A stretch of 64,000 nucleotides of DNA from Cyanobacteria bacterium P01_A01_bin.123 (lineage in GTDB: Bacteria > Cyanobacteriota > Cyanobacteriia > Phormidesmidales > Phormidesmidaceae): positions 32,001 to 96,000 of the forward strand of contig JBCBZT010000025.1 of NCBI GenBank assembly GCA_039815185.1. Direction: 5' to 3'. Both the position numbers and the translations under genes were made by a program. The notes under the pieces were generated by a model that saw only the letters and a list, made by a program, of their open reading frames with translations, searched no databases and had not been told where the DNA came from. Positions 58,371 to 64,000 of the stretch are shown here, in pieces (position 1 is the first letter of the stretch; each line of letters begins with the position of its first letter).

Positions 58371-58990
58371 ATTCGACGCTAACGCAACTTCTACCAAAAC
58401 CCCTTCATTATCCGTTACAGCTTGCGATCTGATTCAAGAAAATTTTGAAGAGAGAGCAGGGTACCAATGAGTATCCCGATCAGGAACATACAGCGACACG
58501 CCCATCAAAAATACTTAGTCTTCTTTTACCTTCACAGTAGCCTGTCACATCAAGGCAACCAGTAGACACAAGACACCATGTCATTAATTTCACTGAATCG
58601 TCAGCCAAGTTGCGTATGCACATTATATGCAACTAACGACAAAGCCCCTTGTCTACCCATCCCAAAAGAGAAACGTCGAGAAAGGTTTATATATATTAAT
58701 TTGAAGCAATTGCAGAGAATTCACTGGATCTTTATCCTCCGTAATAAGACTTACGTATTTATACTCATACGATAGGCCTATCTAAAACTATAAGCTGGTT
58801 GGTATACGCTAAATGACTGAGTATAAAGTTAAGCTGAAAGACCTCAGTGTTTGAACATCAGTAATCTACGATCTAGTCTTCGAATCTACCAGCACTAATT
58901 GAGAGATAGCTCAAAACTTATTGACTCTAGGCAGAGTGATCTCTCTGGGTTATCGATTGGTCTTTTTGTCCCCTGAGAATATTGACTGCC

Positions 58991-61900
58991 ATGAGAAATA
59001 TGACATCACTTTTTGGGCTTCGGGCCGGACTGGTCTTACTCCTAGGATGTGGCCCTTCACTAGGGGTAACCGTTCCGGCTTTTGCACAAACCTCTGTAAC
59101 GTCTGCTTCGGATGGGACAGGTACCGCAGTCACCTTCGATGCGGCTAGCCAAATTTACACCATTAATGGCGGCACCCAAGTCGATGCCAACCTGTTCCAT
59201 AGCTTTCAACAATTTGGCTTGAATGCCAATGAAATTGCCAACTTCTTAGCGAATCCAGATGTCGCTAACATCCTGGCGCGGGTCAGCGGCGGCCACGCCT
59301 CAGTGATTGATGGTTTACTGCAGGTCAGCGGCGGCAACAATGCCAATCTCTTTATCCTCAACCCGGCTGGAGTCTTGTTGGGTCGCAACGCCAACTTGAA
59401 CCTAGCGGGGTCGTTTTCTGTTAGCACTGCCAGTGGTCTGGTCTTTGGTGACAACGTCTTCAACGCCTCAGGCAGCAACGACTACAGTGCGCTGACGGGT
59501 AATCCCACGGGCTATGTTTTTTTAGGCCATGAAGGCGTATTGCTGAATGAAGCAGACCTGTCAGTAAACGCTGGCGAAAGTCTGACGTTGGCAGGGGGCA
59601 CGGTGATTAACACGGGGAACCTAGACGCACCTGAGGGCAACGTGTCGATTGTGGCCATGCCAGAAGAAGGCATCCTGCGCATTTCTCAAGACGGCTTGGT
59701 GATGAGTTTGGCAGTACCCACTGACGCGTTGAACAATTTGATTGACAGCGGCATCACCCCGTTAGACCTACCCAGTTTGCTGGCTGGAGAATGGGGCGGT
59801 GATGCTACCACGGTCAGCACCCAAGCGGATGGCACGGTGGTGCTGTCTACAGGGGGGGCTGTGAATGCTGAACCTGGGGCAGTGATCTCAACCGGGACAG
59901 TGGATGTCTCTGGGGTACAGGGCGGTCGGGTGGTTTTCATCGGTGAAGATATTGCCTTGCCAGCGGGGTTGATTGATATTTCAGGAACTGCGGCTGGGGG
60001 AGACTTGGCGGTCTATGCCCGAGATGATTTGAGGTTAGGCGTGAGCGTGGATGCCGTTGGGGGAGGCCAGGCCCTGTTTGACCCAGCCACGCTGAATATC
60101 GATGGGGCAGCCGCAAACACCATTGTGACCACACTGGCAGGTGGGAATGCCATTGTGGAGGCGACTGAGACCATCAACGTTAATGCGGTGATCGATAGTA
60201 GTGCCCAAGCCAACAACAACACCCTCACCTTTAGGGATGAAAATGCTGATAATACCCTCACCATTAACCTGAATGCGGGGATTGAGTTGGGCGCAAATCA
60301 AACGCTGACGGGTGAGGGCACAACAGTTAACGTCAACACGACGACCGCAGGAATTGTGCAGAACGGGGTGGATGTAGCCGCTGCTGACGCGACGGTGAAC
60401 TTGGGAGAAGGGATTTACCAAGAGGGACAGCCGGTCACCATTAACCGTGCCCTAACGCTGAATGGGGCCGGGGCAGGCAGCACCATCCTGGATAGCCAAG
60501 GAAACCATCGAGTGCTAGAGATTGCCAATGGCGTGACGGGAAATGTCAATATCAACCAGTTGACCATCTCGAATGGGAGCACGACTGGTAATGGGGGTGG
60601 AATTTTGAATAATGCTGCTGGTGCCACCCTCTCTTTAAGCAATGCCACTGTCTCGGGCAATTCGGCAGGCGATCGGGGCGGCGGCATTTATACCCTTGGT
60701 GCAGTGACTCTGAGCAATGCCACCGTTTCGGGTAATTCGTCAACCGGCAACGGCGGCGGCATCTATGCCCGTAATGGTGCGATCGCCATGACGAATTCAA
60801 CGGTGTCGGGTAACTCGTCAAATCAATATGGTGGCGGCATTTATACCCGTAGTGTGATCACCGTGACAAATTCAACGGTGTCGGGTAACTCGTCGCGTCG
60901 CAACGGTGGGGGGCTTTATAGCCGTAGTGGTGCGATCACCGTGACGAATTCAACGGTGTCGGGGAATTCGTCAAACCGTCATGGTGGGGGTATTTGGAGC
61001 CGCAATCGTTCGATTACCCTAACTGATTCCACGGTGTCGGGGAATTCAGCAAGGGTTTCTGTCGGTGGGGCTTACTCTAGCCACATCACAGTGACAAATT
61101 CAACCGTGTCGGGCAATTCAGCGGGCGATTTGGGGGGTGGCCTTTATGCCACAGGTTCGCTCACCATAACCAACTCTACGGTGTCGGGGAATTCGGCAAC
61201 GAATAAAGGCGGTGGGGCTTATCACCGTAATCATGCCACCATCACCAATTCGACGATATCGGGTAATTCATCCAATCGAGGGGGTGGCATGTATGCCCGT
61301 GGCGGTGGCGATGTCACCGTGATCAACTCTACGGTGTCGGGGAATTCAGCGAATGATCGGGGGGGTGGGATTTTTATGCGCAACAGAAATGGAGGTGACC
61401 TCATCCTGAGCAACGCCACTGTTGGCTTTAACACCGCCAATGTAGATGGTGGTGGTATTTTTGTGAACACTACAAGAAATAACATTATCAACAACAGCAT
61501 CGTTGCCAACAACAATGCTGGAAGGAGCGGCCCCGATATCAGCGCTAACCTCAACAGCAGTACTATCACCAACAGCCTCATTCAAGACACCACAGGCATC
61601 ACTGCCGGGGCACCCACCAATGGAGTCGATGGCAATATCATCGGTCAAGATCCGCTGCTGGCTCCTTTAGTCAATAATGGTGGCCCCACCCAAACCCATG
61701 CCCTTTTAGCAGGTAGTCCCGCAATCAACGGCAGTGGAGTTGGCGCTACCCCAAACGACCAACGAGGTGTTGCAGCCATCGACACCCGTGACATTGGGGC
61801 ATTTGAATTCGTTGCAGTGGCGGATCAGTCTACCCTAGATCCCGACATCCTCTTCAATCGTCTTGCCCCCTTAACGGTAGGTGAGGGGCCTGGTCGCCCT

Positions 61901-62113
61901 ATTCTCAGGCTCTCTACTGAATTAGCAGCAGAACTTGGCCTGCTAGAGTTGCTCAACGATGACGGCACCCTTACCCCAGCTGGAGAGGAGGATGCCACTA
62001 ACCGCCCTGCGACAACCCAGCCAACCGCAAACGACCCCGAAGGGGGTACCGATAACCTCTGCTTCAATGGGGCTGACCCCAACCTTGGAGACTGTGTCCA
62101 GTCCACCCCGTAA
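58991..62113 (+). CDS. Two-partner secretion exoprotein (TpsA): filamentous haemagglutinin N-terminal domain, beta-helix repeats, choice-of-anchor Q-like C-terminal segment
   Basis: Signal peptide ending AFAQ; NLFHSFQQF and LFILNPAGV TPS motifs; 10-11 NSTVSGNS...GGGIY repeats; DPLLAPL..NGGPTQTHAL..GSPAI...DIGAFE. Confidence 0.9.
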   Translation: MRNMTSLFGLRAGLVLLLGCGPSLGVTVPAFAQTSVTSASDGTGTAVTFDAASQIYTINGGTQVDANLFHSFQQFGLNANEIANFLANPDVANILARVSGGHASVIDGLLQVSGGNNANLFILNPAGVLLGRNANLNLAGSFSVSTASGLVFGDNVFNASGSNDYSALTGNPTGYVFLGHEGVLLNEADLSVNAGESLTLAGGTVINTGNLDAPEGNVSIVAMPEEGILRISQDGLVMSLAVPTDALNNLIDSGITPLDLPSLLAGEWGGDATTVSTQADGTVVLSTGGAVNAEPGAVISTGTVDVSGVQGGRVVFIGEDIALPAGLIDISGTAAGGDLAVYARDDLRLGVSVDAVGGGQALFDPATLNIDGAAANTIVTTLAGGNAIVEATETINVNAVIDSSAQANNNTLTFRDENADNTLTINLNAGIELGANQTLTGEGTTVNVNTTTAGIVQNGVDVAAADATVNLGEGIYQEGQPVTINRALTLNGAGAGSTILDSQGNHRVLEIANGVTGNVNINQLTISNGSTTGNGGGILNNAAGATLSLSNATVSGNSAGDRGGGIYTLGAVTLSNATVSGNSSTGNGGGIYARNGAIAMTNSTVSGNSSNQYGGGIYTRSVITVTNSTVSGNSSRRNGGGLYSRSGAITVTNSTVSGNSSNRHGGGIWSRNRSITLTDSTVSGNSARVSVGGAYSSHITVTNSTVSGNSAGDLGGGLYATGSLTITNSTVSGNSATNKGGGAYHRNHATITNSTISGNSSNRGGGMYARGGGDVTVINSTVSGNSANDRGGGIFMRNRNGGDLILSNATVGFNTANVDGGGIFVNTTRNNIINNSIVANNNAGRSGPDISANLNSSTITNSLIQDTTGITAGAPTNGVDGNIIGQDPLLAPLVNNGGPTQTHALLAGSPAINGSGVGATPNDQRGVAAIDTRDIGAFEFVAVADQSTLDPDILFNRLAPLTVGEGPGRPILRLSTELAAELGLLELLNDDGTLTPAGEEDATNRPATTQPTANDPEGGTDNLCFNGADPNLGDCVQSTP
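60630..61460 (+). repeat. Intragenic tandem repeats of about 24-25 codons in tpsA
   Basis: Recurring (A/T)CGGTGTCGGG(T/G/C)AA(C/T)TC DNA units encoding TVSGNS. Confidence 0.85.
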
Positions 62114-62142
62114 CCCCTAACAATTATTCAGAGCCCAAAATC

Positions 62143-63792
62143 ATGTCCTGCCCTCTGGTCACTGCGATGCTGCCCATTGGTCTGTTATTGCTCGGCCTCG
62201 TTAACCCTGCTTACAGCCAAGTTGACCCCTCTGTTGACCCCCTACCCATCCCCGACCCGCTGCCCCAAGACACCCCGCTAGATCCGCCCACAATTCCCTT
62301 AGACCCTGGTCAAGCCGACGATACTACCCCCATTCCCGTCACCCAAATCCAAGTCGTTGGCAGCACCGTCTTTAGCGCGGCAGATCTGGCAGATCTGGTT
62401 GCCCCCTTGGAAAATCGCACCACCACCCTGGCCGAACTGCAAACCCTCGCCGATGCCATCAACCAGCGCTACTTAGATGCTGGCTACATCACCACTCAGG
62501 TGCGCATCCCCGAGCAAACCCTCACCGATGGCATCGTCACCATTGAAGTACTAGAGGGACGCTTAGCAGCCATTAACGTCGAAGGAACAGAACGCTACCA
62601 AGACTATGTCACAAGCCGCCTCAACCAAGCCAGCACTGACCCATTGAGCCAACCCGAAATTGAAGATCAACTCCAACTGCTGCAGCTTGACCCCCTGTTT
62701 GATGACGTTGAGGCAGAACTCAGGCAGGGTGATGTCCCTGGGGAAAGTGTCTTAGCTGTGCAACTGCAAGAAGCTAATCCCTTCAGTGGGCGGGTATTTT
62801 TTGACAACCAGTCGCCCCGTAGCGTAGGCAACCTGAGGGCAGGCACAACCTTGGCCTATCGCAGTTTGATTACCCCAGGCGATGCCCTTACGGCTGCTGC
62901 CAGCATCACTACTACAGGTGGGGCTCAGGCCTATGCTCTGGGCTATCAAGTGCCCGTGAGTCCCAACAACAGCACTGTACGGTTAGGCTTTACCTATGAA
63001 GACTTCAACATTACCGATCGGGATAATCCTGCCTTTGTCCTGGGGGTACGTGGCGACACCCAAATCTATGAAGCGGAATATCGTCATCCCTTGATTCGCA
63101 CCCCCCGAGAAGAGCTGGTCTTGTCCCTGGGCTTCCGTCATCGGGATGGGGAAAGTGTAATTCTCAACACTATTACCACCCCCAGCCGCACCAGCGTGTT
63201 TCAGTTTGGGCAAGATTATCTACGTCGGGATGGCTCAGGCGCTTGGGCGTTGCGCTCCCAGTTTAATCTAGGCACAGGGTTGTTAAATGCCACCATTAAC
63301 TCTGCTCCCCAAGCTGATGGCCTCTTTTTCAATTGGCTGGGACAGGTGCAGCGAGTGCAGGTATTAAGTCCAGATAATTTGCTGATTGTGCGGGCAGACC
63401 TACAACTATCAGACGATTCGCTGCTAGGCAGTGAGCAGTTTGTGATTGGTGGGGCACAGACGGTGCGTGGCTACAGTCAAAATGTGCGAGCGGGTGACAG
63501 CGGCTTTCGGCTTTCGATTGAAGATCGAATTGTGCTGAGTCGCCATCCAGATGGGAGTCCGTTGTTCCAACTGGTGCCGTTTACTGATTTAGGCGCGGTT
63601 TGGTTTAGCAACAGCGGTACTCAACCGACGCAGCAGAATTTCTTATGGGGCGCTGGCTTGGGCATCATTCTGAATCCAGTCCCTGACTTAGAGGCTCGCT
63701 TTGATGTGGGGATTCCTTTAGTGAGACTGAATGAGGTAACCGATCTAGATACCGGGACACAAATCCACTTTTCGTTGGGTTATACGTTTTAG
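62143..63792 (+). CDS. ShlB/FhaC/HecB family outer-membrane transporter (TpsB)
   Basis: Signal peptide, POTRA domains (YLDAGYITT...LEGRL), VRGY motif and a terminal Phe (LGYTF); 29 bp after tpsA. Confidence 0.92.
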   Translation: MSCPLVTAMLPIGLLLLGLVNPAYSQVDPSVDPLPIPDPLPQDTPLDPPTIPLDPGQADDTTPIPVTQIQVVGSTVFSAADLADLVAPLENRTTTLAELQTLADAINQRYLDAGYITTQVRIPEQTLTDGIVTIEVLEGRLAAINVEGTERYQDYVTSRLNQASTDPLSQPEIEDQLQLLQLDPLFDDVEAELRQGDVPGESVLAVQLQEANPFSGRVFFDNQSPRSVGNLRAGTTLAYRSLITPGDALTAAASITTTGGAQAYALGYQVPVSPNNSTVRLGFTYEDFNITDRDNPAFVLGVRGDTQIYEAEYRHPLIRTPREELVLSLGFRHRDGESVILNTITTPSRTSVFQFGQDYLRRDGSGAWALRSQFNLGTGLLNATINSAPQADGLFFNWLGQVQRVQVLSPDNLLIVRADLQLSDDSLLGSEQFVIGGAQTVRGYSQNVRAGDSGFRLSIEDRIVLSRHPDGSPLFQLVPFTDLGAVWFSNSGTQPTQQNFLWGAGLGIILNPVPDLEARFDVGIPLVRLNEVTDLDTGTQIHFSLGYTF

Positions 63793-63915
63793 CAATTAAG
63801 CCGTAGACAAGCAGAAATCATTCACGATAAGAGGCTATTGATTGGCTCAACTGGTATCGGCGGCTCAGCAAAGACTATGAACGCCTTAACTCCAACAAGG
63901 CTTCATCGGTTGCTG

Positions 63916-64000
63916 TTATTGATAGACGACCGCTTCGAGACTGTCGTCTGCATCAGCATCTGAGTTTGTGAGATGATCATCGTAAGGGCCGATCTTGTTA
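63916..64000 (-). CDS. Possible 3' end of a gene entering from beyond the window
   Basis: Open frame ...NKIGPYDDHLTNSDADADDSLEAVVYQ* ending at TAA 63916-63918. Confidence 0.3.
   Translation of the reverse strand, partial: NKIGPYDDHLTNSDADADDSLEAVVYQ

Noticed and set aside
58741..58754. NtcA-like GTA-N8-TAC site upstream of tpsA
   Set aside because: It matches the short consensus, but lies in AT-rich DNA with no properly spaced TAN3T -10 element, so it could easily be chance.
60630..61460. CRISPR array or diversity-generating retroelement in the tpsA repeats
   Set aside because: The repeats are in-frame, degenerate at codon third positions and encode a beta-helix; no cas or reverse transcriptase gene is in the window.
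1..64000. High frequency of GCGATCGC
   Set aside because: This is the well-known cyanobacterial HIP1 repeat. It also occurs inside the Rieske cluster, which argues against very recent acquisition of that block.

Overview
64 kb of a cyanobacterial chromosome. The evidence is frequent HIP1 octamers (GCGATCGC) and phycobilisome genes; the gene style suggests a filamentous Leptolyngbya/Nodosilinea-like strain, which is inference only. The housekeeping backbone is valS (partial), comB-like, pip, map, proB, yqeG, mltG, lplA-like, tpiA and aspS. Accessory blocks: (1) a complete type III chromatic-acclimation cluster, rcaE-rcaF-rcaC-pcyA-cpcB-cpcA-cpcH-cpcI-cpcD (6.9-16.3 kb, minus strand), with recognisable RcaC L-boxes, including a double L-box split by a HIP1 site; (2) a co-oriented cluster at 18.0-24.7 kb in which three different redox proteins each carry a fused Rieske [2Fe-2S] domain (FMN glutamate-synthase-like, ThDP pyruvate-oxidase-like, di-heme membrane cytochrome b), plus three uncharacterised membrane proteins, which is the best candidate here for an undescribed electron-transfer system; (3) an isochorismatase-fold protein lacking its catalytic Asp, translationally coupled to a PAS histidine kinase; (4) a TetR-linked stand-alone fabF, an atypical P450, an orphan ChrR-type anti-sigma factor, a MacAB-type exporter and a TpsA/TpsB secretion pair. 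I recognised no rRNA, tRNA, CRISPR array or transposase. All calls come from motif recognition by eye; no database search was run.
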